From assembly GCA_964496065.1 (NCBI GenBank), contig CAZBXD010000001.1, positions 10,437 through 74,436 of the forward strand: a stretch of 64,000 nt of DNA. The letters are read 5' to 3'. The notes under the pieces were generated by a model. That model did not search any database. It worked only from the letters and a program-made list of their open reading frames with translations, and was not told where the DNA came from. Positions within the stretch are counted from its first letter, which is position 1. Each line of letters begins with the position of its first letter. A program made the position numbers and the translations under genes. Below, in pieces: positions 29,027-38,240 of the stretch. The stretch comes from an uncultured Bdellovibrionales bacterium (GTDB taxonomy: Bacteria; Pseudomonadota; Alphaproteobacteria; Micavibrionales; SZUA-601).

Positions 29027-30157
29027 ATGATAAAACTGTGCCAACATTATGATGAGGACCCGCGTCAAGGATGCGGAGGCTGCCTTTATCAACATATGGT
29101 GAAATCTGATTACTATGCTCTGAAAAGAAAACGTTTACAGGATGCTTTAGATAAAAATAATCTTGGGGATGTTGATCTTGATGATGTGGTTGAAGTAGCG
29201 CCCGGGACACGGTGGCGCGGGCGTTTTCATGTTATTAGAACAAAGGATAGTATTCAAATAGGGTTTCAAAAGTCACAGTCGCATCATATTATTGATATGC
29301 AGGAATGTCATATTTTAATGCCATCGCTTTTTAATTTGTTAAACCCCCTGCGTGATTTGATGACGAATATTTTAGCTATCCGTCAGCGCTGCGAAGTGCA
29401 GTTAACCGTTCTTGATGCACAAATTGATCTTTTAGTTTTTATAAATCAACCGTTTGCTTTGAAAGCACGACGAGCCTTCTCACAATTTGCTGAGCAGTAT
29501 AAAATTTCTCGAATTGCTCAATGTGTAAAAAATCAGATCCCTGAGATTATTGTATTGCGGGGACCTGTTTATAAAATGATCAATGGTTTTCCAGTTCCTC
29601 TACCAGTTGGTGGTTTTTTACAGGCAAGTGAGGAAGGAGAAAAAACCTTAGTTTCCCTGGTTCAACAATGTATCCTTCAGGCAAAACCAAAAAAAATTGC
29701 TGATCTTTTTTGTGGGATTGGAACATTTAGTTTCCCTCTAGCAGAAGAGAAATTTATCAAGACAATTATTGGATATGATAGTTTTTCTCCGGCAATTCAA
29801 GCCTATAACACAGCAGCAAATACCAATAATCTTGGGCGTTTAACTGCCAAAACACGCGATCTTTTTGAGCTTCCCCTAATAACAAAAGAACTTAATCAAT
29901 TTGATGCGGTTATTATCGATCCACCACGTAAAGGTGCAATTCAACAAATGCGATATTTGGCTAAGTCTTCAGTACCGCTTGTTATCTCTGTCTCATGTCA
30001 TCCAGAGACTTTTGCTCGCGATAGCCGTATTTTGCTTGATGGCGGCTATCAAGTGCAAAGAATCATACCCATCGATCAATTTGTCTGGTCCAATCATATT
30101 GAGACAGTCGGTATCTTTCGTAAACAAAAAAGCGCCGCTAGAAAACGGCGCCTTTGA
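29027..30157 (+). CDS. class I SAM-dependent RNA (uracil-5) methyltransferase, RumA/RlmD-like without TRAM domain
   Basis: N-terminal Cys cluster C-x10-CGGC-x2-QH, FLQAS, DLFCGIGTFS motif I, and DPPRKG with a C-terminal catalytic-Cys region (SVSCHP). Confidence 0.8.
   Translation: MIKLCQHYDEDPRQGCGGCLYQHMVKSDYYALKRKRLQDALDKNNLGDVDLDDVVEVAPGTRWRGRFHVIRTKDSIQIGFQKSQSHHIIDMQECHILMPSLFNLLNPLRDLMTNILAIRQRCEVQLTVLDAQIDLLVFINQPFALKARRAFSQFAEQYKISRIAQCVKNQIPEIIVLRGPVYKMINGFPVPLPVGGFLQASEEGEKTLVSLVQQCILQAKPKKIADLFCGIGTFSFPLAEEKFIKTIIGYDSFSPAIQAYNTAANTNNLGRLTAKTRDLFELPLITKELNQFDAVIIDPPRKGAIQQMRYLAKSSVPLVISVSCHPETFARDSRILLDGGYQVQRIIPIDQFVWSNHIETVGIFRKQKSAARKRRL
30125..30156. terminator. hairpin terminator embedded in the last codons of the methyltransferase gene, shared with convergent trxA
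   Basis: A-run, GCGCCG-ctagaaaa-CGGCGC, then TTT. The stem overlaps the codons for SAARKRRL and the stop. Confidence 0.55.
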
Positions 30158-30178
30158 AATTGTTTATATTATTGGGAT

Positions 30179-30499
30179 TTAAGCGCTATCTTGAATCCAT
30201 TTAATCAGATCGCTTTTCGGGAGTGACCCAACGCGGGTTTCTTTAAGCTCCCCCCCCTTGAAAATCATCAGTGTTGGAATACCACGTACGCCATATTTTG
30301 ACGGAGTTAAAGGGTTTTCATCAACATTCATCTTAGCAACAGTAACTTGGTCTTTAAGTTCTTCAGCAACCTCATCGAGAATGGGAGAAAGAGCACGGCA
30401 GGGACCACACCACTCTGCCCAAAAATCAACGACAACTGTGCCGTTCGACTTTAAGACATCATTCTCAAAATTTGCATCACTCATTTTTACACTGGCCAT
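30179..30499 (-). CDS. trxA: thioredoxin
   Basis: WAEWCGPCR active site. Length is 106 aa. Confidence 0.97.
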   Translation of the reverse strand: MASVKMSDANFENDVLKSNGTVVVDFWAEWCGPCRALSPILDEVAEELKDQVTVAKMNVDENPLTPSKYGVRGIPTLMIFKGGELKETRVGSLPKSDLIKWIQDSA

Positions 30500-30616
30500 G
30501 GTGGATCCTTTCTTATTTTAAACTACCAAAACTGCTTTAAACACGGTATACAATTCGTAGCAGCTTGCATTAAGTTACAAAACTTACTTCCTAAGAAGCT
30601 ATACGGATACGTATAT

Positions 30617-32956
30617 ATGGTCAACCTCAAAGAGAAAGAACAGCTCCCCTCAGTTACTGAGGTTGGCCCGGTCATTGCCTCGGCGGAGAAAAAAGCGGCT
30701 AGGCACCTTAAATTTACCCTTTCTCATCTTTTGGTATCTCCTGGGAAGACAGTGGTGGTTACAGCGTGTGGGACGGGACGATTAGCCTATGAATATGCTC
30801 TTTTAAGGCCCCATCTTAATTTTATTGGGATGGACCGTAAAGCAGAGAAAATTGACCGTGCGCAGAAGTTTTTTTCCCTCGATAATTTGAGTTTTATCAA
30901 GGGTGGTGTTGACGATTTACTCACAGAAAATTTTTCGGTTGATGCAATTTTAAATATAGGAAGTTTACATCGCTTGTATTCGCGTACGGGCTATAATTTA
31001 ACGCGGGTTATTGATGTTGTTAAAAAACAATTAGAGGCTCTATCAATTGGGGGTCAAATTATTATTCAAGACTATTTTACGCCCGCCAATAAAGACCAGA
31101 TGGTTTTTTTAGAGCTCCCAAAAGTCAAGGGAGAGTCTCATGCGCTTTCTGAACGATCTCCTGCAGAATGGTTAATTGATTTTTCTCAAACAGCGCGTCC
31201 GCTAGATACATCGGGAGCGCAAGGGTTTTTACTTGAGGAAGAGGCGCCTTATCGAGTAGGAACGCAATTATTCCGTCTTCCCTTGAAATGGGCACTAGAA
31301 TTTCAATATCAAATAAACGATATCGATAATTGGGATCAAAACTTATCACAAGAATACACAATGTTTTCAATTGATGAGTGGCATAAGTATATCAATGCCA
31401 TGGGTGGTCGTATCACTTATTCTACCCCCTATTACCAAGAAGGTGTTTCTGGGGATCAGGAGTATATGCTCTATAACGAAAAGGGTGAGCCAATGGAGTT
31501 GCCACCTAGAGGGTTTGTTTGTGTGATAGAAAAAATCAGACCCACCGATCCAGTTTATATTCAAGAGCAGCGCTGTGCTTTATCAGAAAAAGTTAACATG
31601 GCTGTCGAGACAATGATTGATGACAAAACTGCTGATGAAGTTGATTTGGTAAAATGTCATAATTTAACGGATGACCTGCTTTTGTGGCGTATAGATGACC
31701 AGGGAAATATTCTAGTTACTGTGCGATCAAATGTCCCGCGTCCGGTTATGAATGCGGCTCCGCGTGGCGTGCCTAATCTTGATAATAAAAGATGGGCCGG
31801 ATATATGACGGAACCGCTGGTCATGCCCGTAGAAGAAACATTTGAGCAACAAAAACAAACTGTTGGAGAGATTGCACAGGAGTTTTTGGGGATTGACCCC
31901 ATGATGGTGCAAGATTTTCGTCTGGAGACCCAATATTATCCAAAGCCAGAATTTCTTATCCAGCGTTTGCGTGGGTTTACTGCACGGATCCCTGGGCATG
32001 TTTCTATGCAATTAAGCGCTCAAACTCATCATGAATTTAATAATGGAATGATTAAAGAATACAATGCGCAAGATATACTACAAGCGATCCATACTGGTCT
32101 TATTCCTGACTCACGCCTTGAAATCCTAATTATGCATCTTTTGCGAAGGGTTCACCGAGCACAAATAAAGGGCGATAATTTGGATGAATTTTGGGAAGAT
32201 ATCCCTGAAACGGATATTAATGAGAAAGATCTTCTTGATGAGAAAGATCTGCAAAAAATTTCTGATGATCCAGACTCTTTTCTTACAGCAGAACATGTTA
32301 ATAGTTCGCTCAAGCACATACGTTCAGTTTTTGTCAAACAAGGTCATATTGGCGGAGTATTAACCGGCATTGAAACAGTAGAAGAAGAATTTGTTTTTCC
32401 TTTTGATACAACGACAAATACAGTGGTTTGTTTTCCACTTTCTTTGGATTCAGCCAAGGGATTAAAAGTTGTTGGGGTTGAACCAAAAAAAATACCTGTC
32501 CCAAATCGAATTGATGATGAAAGTGCGCTTTTGCAACTCCCAAGTTTCCATCTTTCGAATGAGATTAAAACATTCTATCAGCTTCGTGAATTTTTGAGTA
32601 AAAAATTTGACTGTGATATTAAAAATGTTCGGCCGATGGGAAGTAGCTTTTTCGCCTGTCCAGAAATATCACCAGAACGTGTTTATCCGTTTGCTATTTT
32701 TAATCCTGGTAAAGGGTCTAACATTATCTTAAAGAACGCGCCGATGGAGATTATTGGTATGATTTCTAAAATGACTAAACCACATGGTAAATCTGCTGGA
32801 GCTATGCTTTTTAGGGGGATGAAAGATCTAGGTGAGTGGTATCAAGGCGGATTAAATCATGACCTAAAAACTGGGGTTGATGATATTTTTGTTCATAAAA
32901 AAATACTTCCTGAGATTAAAAATAGTAAAGTAGAGAATAGTTATGAGCCAAAATGA
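30617..32956 (+). CDS. multidomain protein: N-terminal class I SAM methyltransferase plus two tandem degenerate NudF-like Nudix-fold regions
   Basis: Motif I is VVVTACGTGRLAYEY, with FIGMDRK and VDAILNIGSLHRL. Residues ~345-512 and ~575-740 each show the ADP-ribose-pyrophosphatase-like order (beta strand-PxP, degenerate Nudix box, YYPKPEF / FFACPEI, terminal helix). This reading is by eye only. Confidence 0.6.
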   Translation: MVNLKEKEQLPSVTEVGPVIASAEKKAARHLKFTLSHLLVSPGKTVVVTACGTGRLAYEYALLRPHLNFIGMDRKAEKIDRAQKFFSLDNLSFIKGGVDDLLTENFSVDAILNIGSLHRLYSRTGYNLTRVIDVVKKQLEALSIGGQIIIQDYFTPANKDQMVFLELPKVKGESHALSERSPAEWLIDFSQTARPLDTSGAQGFLLEEEAPYRVGTQLFRLPLKWALEFQYQINDIDNWDQNLSQEYTMFSIDEWHKYINAMGGRITYSTPYYQEGVSGDQEYMLYNEKGEPMELPPRGFVCVIEKIRPTDPVYIQEQRCALSEKVNMAVETMIDDKTADEVDLVKCHNLTDDLLLWRIDDQGNILVTVRSNVPRPVMNAAPRGVPNLDNKRWAGYMTEPLVMPVEETFEQQKQTVGEIAQEFLGIDPMMVQDFRLETQYYPKPEFLIQRLRGFTARIPGHVSMQLSAQTHHEFNNGMIKEYNAQDILQAIHTGLIPDSRLEILIMHLLRRVHRAQIKGDNLDEFWEDIPETDINEKDLLDEKDLQKISDDPDSFLTAEHVNSSLKHIRSVFVKQGHIGGVLTGIETVEEEFVFPFDTTTNTVVCFPLSLDSAKGLKVVGVEPKKIPVPNRIDDESALLQLPSFHLSNEIKTFYQLREFLSKKFDCDIKNVRPMGSSFFACPEISPERVYPFAIFNPGKGSNIILKNAPMEIIGMISKMTKPHGKSAGAMLFRGMKDLGEWYQGGLNHDLKTGVDDIFVHKKILPEIKNSKVENSYEPK

Positions 32957-33758
32957 GCGTGATATTTTTGATCAACACTGTCTTAATCTTCATCGTGCGC
33001 GTGCCAGAAAAATGCCGCAAGATTTTGATTTTTTAACACAACATTGCCAAAAAAATCTCTTAGAGCGTTTAAAAGATATCAAAAGAGAGTTTCCTAAAAT
33101 CACTGATTTAAAGTCCGGTTTTGCTCAACAGCATGAGTATAATTTACTAGCAATTGAACCAAACCAAGAATGTATTATCAGCCATCTTGATCTGCATTGG
33201 GTTAATGATCTGCCAGGATATCTTTATCAAATTCAGCGATATTTGTGGCCAGACGGGCTTTTTTTAGGATCTTTATTCGGTGGCGAAACACTCTATGAGC
33301 TGAGACAAAGCTTGATGGCCGTGGAGCTAGAGCTGTTTGGCGGTGTTAGTCCCCGTGTTTCGCCTTTTGTCACGATGCAGGATATGGGAGCTTTGATGCA
33401 GCGTGCTGAGTTTGCTCTACCGGTGATCGATCATGAAATTATTCATGTGACATACGCCAATATTTTTGATTTAATTACAGATCTAAGAGGAATGGGAATG
33501 ACGAATGCGATCAAAAGTCGTTCTAGTCGATATTTGGGTAAAAGTTTTTGGCCAAAAGTTCAAGACTACTACCGAGCGCATTTTTCAAATGATAGGTCCC
33601 GTTTGATGGTGAGCTTTGAAGTGATATATCTGATTGGTTGGGGGCCGTCAGCAACACAACAAAAGCCATTGAGACCTGGTAGTGCTCAACAATCTTTGGC
33701 AAAAGCCCTTAAAACAACAGAAATTAAACTCCCGGAAAAGGCAAAATCAACGAGATGA
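32943..33758 (+). CDS. NDUFAF5/BioC-like methyltransferase-fold protein with a shortened SAM-binding region
   Basis: LHWVNDLPGYL, LFGGETLYELRQSL, SPRVSPF, DLRGMGMTNA and QQKPLRPGSA match the alphaproteobacterial NDUFAF5-like family. Only ~25 aa separate FPKITDL from LDLHWVNDLPG. Its start overlaps the upstream gene by 14 nt. Confidence 0.75.
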   Translation: MSQNERDIFDQHCLNLHRARARKMPQDFDFLTQHCQKNLLERLKDIKREFPKITDLKSGFAQQHEYNLLAIEPNQECIISHLDLHWVNDLPGYLYQIQRYLWPDGLFLGSLFGGETLYELRQSLMAVELELFGGVSPRVSPFVTMQDMGALMQRAEFALPVIDHEIIHVTYANIFDLITDLRGMGMTNAIKSRSSRYLGKSFWPKVQDYYRAHFSNDRSRLMVSFEVIYLIGWGPSATQQKPLRPGSAQQSLAKALKTTEIKLPEKAKSTR

Positions 33759-34267
33759 AAAAAATACTGCTTACAATGAGTTTTTGTCTTATGACAGCGT
33801 GTAGCATGGGGGCTGAAGCTGAGATTGAACGAGTGGTTGAGGATTTTTATGAACGGGCACTTTGCCGTCATTGGCAACGCTTACTCTCTGAGGATGGAAT
33901 AGAAAATTATTTAAAAGATAACGGGTTTATCGAATTAACTGATAACAGACAATCCGCTGGTGTGATGGGTTATGCTTTACAGCAAGAGTATCGCCTCACA
34001 AATCTTGGACAGCAAATCATAAATAAAGAAGATAACCTTTGTTATGGTAGGCAAGAAGTTGCCGATGTCAAAATGATTGATTTTGATCACGATACTCAAG
34101 CTATTGCCTCTTTTGTCTTAAAGGCAGATATTACAGAAAAATGGGCAGATGCGCCCGTTTTTGAAAAACTTCTTCCCCATAAAGGACAGCTGCGCCGTGT
34201 TTTTGTTCAAAAAAATACAGATGGAGACTGGGTGGTTAATTCGAAATTTATTCCACCGCTGAAATAA
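33755..34267 (+). CDS. lipoprotein of unknown function
   Basis: Lipobox LMTAC after a hydrophobic signal. The ATG overlaps the upstream stop by 4 nt. No recognisable family. Confidence 0.65.
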   Translation: MKKILLTMSFCLMTACSMGAEAEIERVVEDFYERALCRHWQRLLSEDGIENYLKDNGFIELTDNRQSAGVMGYALQQEYRLTNLGQQIINKEDNLCYGRQEVADVKMIDFDHDTQAIASFVLKADITEKWADAPVFEKLLPHKGQLRRVFVQKNTDGDWVVNSKFIPPLK

Positions 34268-35159
34268 GAGTAATTTTTTGTGGAGTGCCTGTTCGTTCGA
34301 TCAAAATATTTCGAACGGTTTTCCAATCAACTCTTGCGATTTGATCACCAGCTTTTTTTTCGATTTTCTTAAAAAGACCATCAGGAATATCAATCGTTTC
34401 AATTTTTCCACCATATTCAAGCTCATCAACTTGAACATCGGCTGGTTGCGCCTCAATATAAAGATCATTATCAACCCAAGCCATTTTGACATCTTGATTG
34501 ATAACACGCACAGATGTATCAACTGGGACATTCTCGTAGAGCCACTTGATGTGATCAGCATACATGCGAATACAGCCTGAACTGACCCGCCGGCCAATGC
34601 CATTTGGCTTTTGAGTGCCATGGATAAGATAAGACGGCCACCCCAAATAAAGGGCATGGGACCCGAGAGGGTTATCGGGGCCTGCTTCAACAATGTGAGG
34701 TAGATCAGGGTTTTCTTTCCGCATACGAGCTGTTGGACGCCATTTAGGCCCTTCTATTTTGTTGCGGATATGTGTTTCACCACTCGGGGTATCAAAACCA
34801 TCCCGCCCAATTCCAATAGGAAATGTTTTGGGCTCTCCACCATTTTTTGGAAAATAGTAAAGACGAAGTTCTGATAGGTTGATAATAAGCCCTTTTTGTG
34901 GTGCATCGGGCAAAAGATGCCATTTTGGCAGGGTGATAGAAGTTCCTTTGCCAGGAAGCCATGGATCAATCCCAGGGTTAGCCGCAAGGAGTTCAACATA
35001 ACCTAACTCGTGTTTAACGGCGAGTTCAACAAGGGTGTCCTCATATTTTGCTTTTACTTCCTGTGTTTTTCCAATAAAGGTATGGTCTTTTGCTTGCACG
35101 GATGTGGCAAAAACGAATAGGCTAGACAAATAGAAAAAAAATAAGAAAATTTTAGACAT
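34248..35159 (-). CDS. L,D-transpeptidase (YkuD family) with LysM-like N-terminal region
   Basis: Signal peptide, then HGTQKPNGIGRRVSSGCIRM catalytic His/Cys motif. Confidence 0.88.
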   Translation of the reverse strand: MSKIFLFFFYLSSLFVFATSVQAKDHTFIGKTQEVKAKYEDTLVELAVKHELGYVELLAANPGIDPWLPGKGTSITLPKWHLLPDAPQKGLIINLSELRLYYFPKNGGEPKTFPIGIGRDGFDTPSGETHIRNKIEGPKWRPTARMRKENPDLPHIVEAGPDNPLGSHALYLGWPSYLIHGTQKPNGIGRRVSSGCIRMYADHIKWLYENVPVDTSVRVINQDVKMAWVDNDLYIEAQPADVQVDELEYGGKIETIDIPDGLFKKIEKKAGDQIARVDWKTVRNILIERTGTPQKITLISAVE

Positions 35160-35243
35160 TTTACGATTCTTATAATTTATTGCGATAGGCTTTACTTATA
35201 TAAGGATAAAAATAACAAGCAAGAATAACAATATAAAGTTGTG

Positions 35244-35765
35244 ATGAAAAAAGGGTATATTTATAGTTTTATCATTTTGTTGAGCGGGATTTTTTGGCTG
35301 ACACCGGCCCCTGTGGATGCATCACTTCAATATCAAATGAAAGCAGATCAAGTGATTGTTTATAAAGCCAATCGTACGCTTCAACTCCTCAGGAATGGCC
35401 GTGTCATTCGTGAATATCGTGTTGCTTTGGGGAAAAACCCAAAAGGGCATAAAATTCATTCTGGGGATAATCGAACACCGGAAGGAAACTATACACTGGC
35501 ATGGCGTAATCCGAATAGTAAGTTTCATCTTTCTATCAATATTTCATATCCGGATAATACTGATCGTGAGGTTGCCGAAAGTCTTGGTCTTAGTCCGGGA
35601 GATGCAATCATGATTCATGGTTTACCAAACGGTGTTTCTGATCCAGCTGAAGTTGGCCACCCTTTTGAAGATTGGACAAACGGATGTATTGCCGTTAACA
35701 ACAACGAAATGCAGGAAATCTGGAATATGGTTGATGATGGGACACCAATTGCGATTTGGCCATGA
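35244..35765 (+). CDS. L,D-transpeptidase family protein (short YkuD form)
   Basis: Signal peptide, then IMIHGLPNG ... WTNGCIAV catalytic motif. Either the ATG at 35244 or the GTG at 35241 could be the start. Confidence 0.85.
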   Translation: MKKGYIYSFIILLSGIFWLTPAPVDASLQYQMKADQVIVYKANRTLQLLRNGRVIREYRVALGKNPKGHKIHSGDNRTPEGNYTLAWRNPNSKFHLSINISYPDNTDREVAESLGLSPGDAIMIHGLPNGVSDPAEVGHPFEDWTNGCIAVNNNEMQEIWNMVDDGTPIAIWP

Positions 35766-35772
35766 GAGAGGG

Positions 35773-37149
35773 CTAAAATTCTTGTGCATCCAACACAGAT
35801 GGGGGCAAAATATTCTGGTTTGAAGGCGTTTGTGCTTTAAGTGATGTCTGAATAGGGTGTCTAGGGATTTGCCATTTTAAAGAATTAAAAGAGTGGTCAG
35901 CCGGACTTAAAGGAGTCCATTCTCCAAAAATCGCGCCAGTATTTTGGCAAACCCACTTTGCATCTGGGTCTGCCTCAGTCATTTTTTCTAACCAATGCCG
36001 TGCCTGACTATCATCATGATTTTCTTTTTGTTCGAGTTGTGCAAACAAATGATAAACTCTTTTTGTAGGCGCGTTTTTCAAAGCCGCTGTCAGCTGTGTT
36101 CGAGCAACGCCCCAAAGTGATGCTTTCATCGCTGCTTTGATAAGGGCAATACGGCTTTCAATATGATCAGGGTTAACAGCAACTAGTTTTTCAGCCCATT
36201 TAACTTGATCTAATGGAAGGTGATCTTGTCGCATATATGCCCAAAAATCAGCAAGTTGAGGGTGCGGGATATGTTTCCACGTTGTTTTAATCAACTTCTC
36301 AGCCAATGTTTTCTTTCCCATTTTAAGGTGAAGCTGAGCAATTTGTAGAATAGCCGGGATAAAATCAGTTCTTTTTTTGTAAGCTTTTTTTGCAAGTTTT
36401 AGTGCCTCATCAATCTGACCAATATTCTCAGCCGCGATACTTTCTGCAATGAGGATAGCCGCTTCATGTTCATGCGCTTCTTTTTTGGAAAAACTTCCTA
36501 ATTTAACAGCTTTTGGAAGAAGATCATGAGCTTTCTGCCAGTTTGTAGCGCGGGTCTCAAGATCAAAAAGAATTTTAACAATCCATGGACGTTTTGGTTC
36601 TTTTTCATGCGCTTGACGGGCAATTTTCAGCGCTTCGGCCGTATCTCCCCGCTGTAGTGCATTTGTTAAAAGGCCTCGTAGTCCAAAAAAGGCTCCTTCA
36701 GGATTTTCAAGTAAGGCGGTAAAGTGTTCCTTTGCACTGGATTGATCACCTTTCATCAGAGCGGCTTGGGCGCTCAAGAGTTGGGTAAGAGGTTGGTCAT
36801 GTAAAAGCACGCTCGCCTTTTTCGCTTGCCGGTTAGCTGTAATATCATCGCCAGCTGCAACGGCAATGAGACCACGTGTTACGGCCTGAAATCCTCTATT
36901 TTTTTGTTGTTCCTTGTGATATTTACGAACAATTTTTGGCAAAGAGATGAGACGGCGCCACCAATGATACACAACCGCCGTGATTATGACTAAAATAATT
37001 AAACACGCCGTTGCAAAGCCAACAGTCGTTTCAATGATCCACCCCTGCCATGAAATATCGATTGTGCCGGGACGATTAGCAAGCCAATAAACCCCATAGC
37101 CAATGAACCCAACTTTAATGAGAAACCAGACAGATTTAAGAAATTTCAT
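35773..37149 (-). CDS. HemY-like TPR membrane protein
   Basis: Two N-terminal TM helices (WFLIKVGFIGYGVYWL, VGFATACLIILVIITAVVY) followed by TPR-like repeats. Located downstream of hemC-hemD. Confidence 0.8.
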   Translation of the reverse strand: MKFLKSVWFLIKVGFIGYGVYWLANRPGTIDISWQGWIIETTVGFATACLIILVIITAVVYHWWRRLISLPKIVRKYHKEQQKNRGFQAVTRGLIAVAAGDDITANRQAKKASVLLHDQPLTQLLSAQAALMKGDQSSAKEHFTALLENPEGAFFGLRGLLTNALQRGDTAEALKIARQAHEKEPKRPWIVKILFDLETRATNWQKAHDLLPKAVKLGSFSKKEAHEHEAAILIAESIAAENIGQIDEALKLAKKAYKKRTDFIPAILQIAQLHLKMGKKTLAEKLIKTTWKHIPHPQLADFWAYMRQDHLPLDQVKWAEKLVAVNPDHIESRIALIKAAMKASLWGVARTQLTAALKNAPTKRVYHLFAQLEQKENHDDSQARHWLEKMTEADPDAKWVCQNTGAIFGEWTPLSPADHSFNSLKWQIPRHPIQTSLKAQTPSNQNILPPSVLDAQEF

Positions 37150-37163
37150 ACCTGTAGTCCGTC

Positions 37164-38240
37164 CTAGAATAGTTTTTCTGAGGTTGAGTTTTGCGGTGAT
37201 ACACGAGCTTGCCGAATGAAATCAATCGCGTTTTTTGAGATCTTCTTTGATAAGCGATCAGCTAAGACGTGTGCTTCGGCTTTGTTAAAAAAAGGTTCAA
37301 TAAGTTTGGCGGTTGGGCCTTTGACTTCACTTAAGGCCAGAATTGCCCCGCTAACATCACCACGATTCAGGTTATTTCGAGCCTGGCGCAAAATTGCTTG
37401 TGTGTCATCTATGGGGAGTTTAGCGTCTTCTTGATAGATTTTAATATATTTGCTCAATTTACTTTTAACGGTATTGCGCACTGTTGTTCGGTCATCGGCA
37501 ATCGCTGCCTTAATCAAATCATTACTTAAGCTATCAAATTCTGCCATAAGTTCTTCTTGGCTAGGGACCCCTTGGCCGGCAAAAGGTTGGAGACGCATAA
37601 GAGTCTCTTGCGCTTCTGCGTCTGTATTAAACAGAGCTTTGATCGCTTCTAGTTCTTCGGAAAATGGGATACCACGTTCAACAGATCCTTGGAACTGGGT
37701 TGCAACAAGGAGCATATTAGCTGCTTTAATATCTTCTGGGTTAAAGTCACCCAGATTTGATTTAATTTCTTGATTATCGGTAGCTAGAGTTTCAACCCGA
37801 CTATCCAAAGTAGTAACGAGTTTACTCATCTTCGTAACAGTCTGAACGATGTCTCCATCATTTTGGAAATCTTGTCGAATTTCACTTAACCCTTTAATGA
37901 CATCTTGCATTTTTTCTGTTGATCCAGATAAGTCAGCTAGACGTGCCTCAAGACTACTTAAACGATTTTGTAAAAGCCCTGGTTTAATGGCTTGGTTTTT
38001 TTTCTCTAGGCTTTCTACCTTTTCATTAAGGTCAGTTACTTGCGAGGAAAGGGTGTCAACTCGCTCTACTACAGCAGGAGGTGGCGGGGGGGTAATCGGT
38101 AAAACCTCCGGGGCAAAGAATAATATGCCAATGATAAGGAATGTCACCAAGCCAGCAGTAGCCATAATGGATGAAAACAAGAACCAATATGACAGAGTAT
38201 GACGCTTAAGTTTTTGTTTTTTTGGATCTTGTTCTGTCAT
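37164..38240 (-). CDS. alphaproteobacterial Mic60 (mitofilin)-like protein
   Basis: N-terminal TM helix, long coiled coil, and a C-terminal mitofilin-like end (LNRGDVSGAILALSEVKGPTAKLIEPFFNKAEAHVLA). Lies between hemD and hemY. The start overlaps hemD by 35 nt, so the true start may be further downstream. Confidence 0.7.
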   Translation of the reverse strand: MTEQDPKKQKLKRHTLSYWFLFSSIMATAGLVTFLIIGILFFAPEVLPITPPPPPAVVERVDTLSSQVTDLNEKVESLEKKNQAIKPGLLQNRLSSLEARLADLSGSTEKMQDVIKGLSEIRQDFQNDGDIVQTVTKMSKLVTTLDSRVETLATDNQEIKSNLGDFNPEDIKAANMLLVATQFQGSVERGIPFSEELEAIKALFNTDAEAQETLMRLQPFAGQGVPSQEELMAEFDSLSNDLIKAAIADDRTTVRNTVKSKLSKYIKIYQEDAKLPIDDTQAILRQARNNLNRGDVSGAILALSEVKGPTAKLIEPFFNKAEAHVLADRLSKKISKNAIDFIRQARVSPQNSTSEKLF

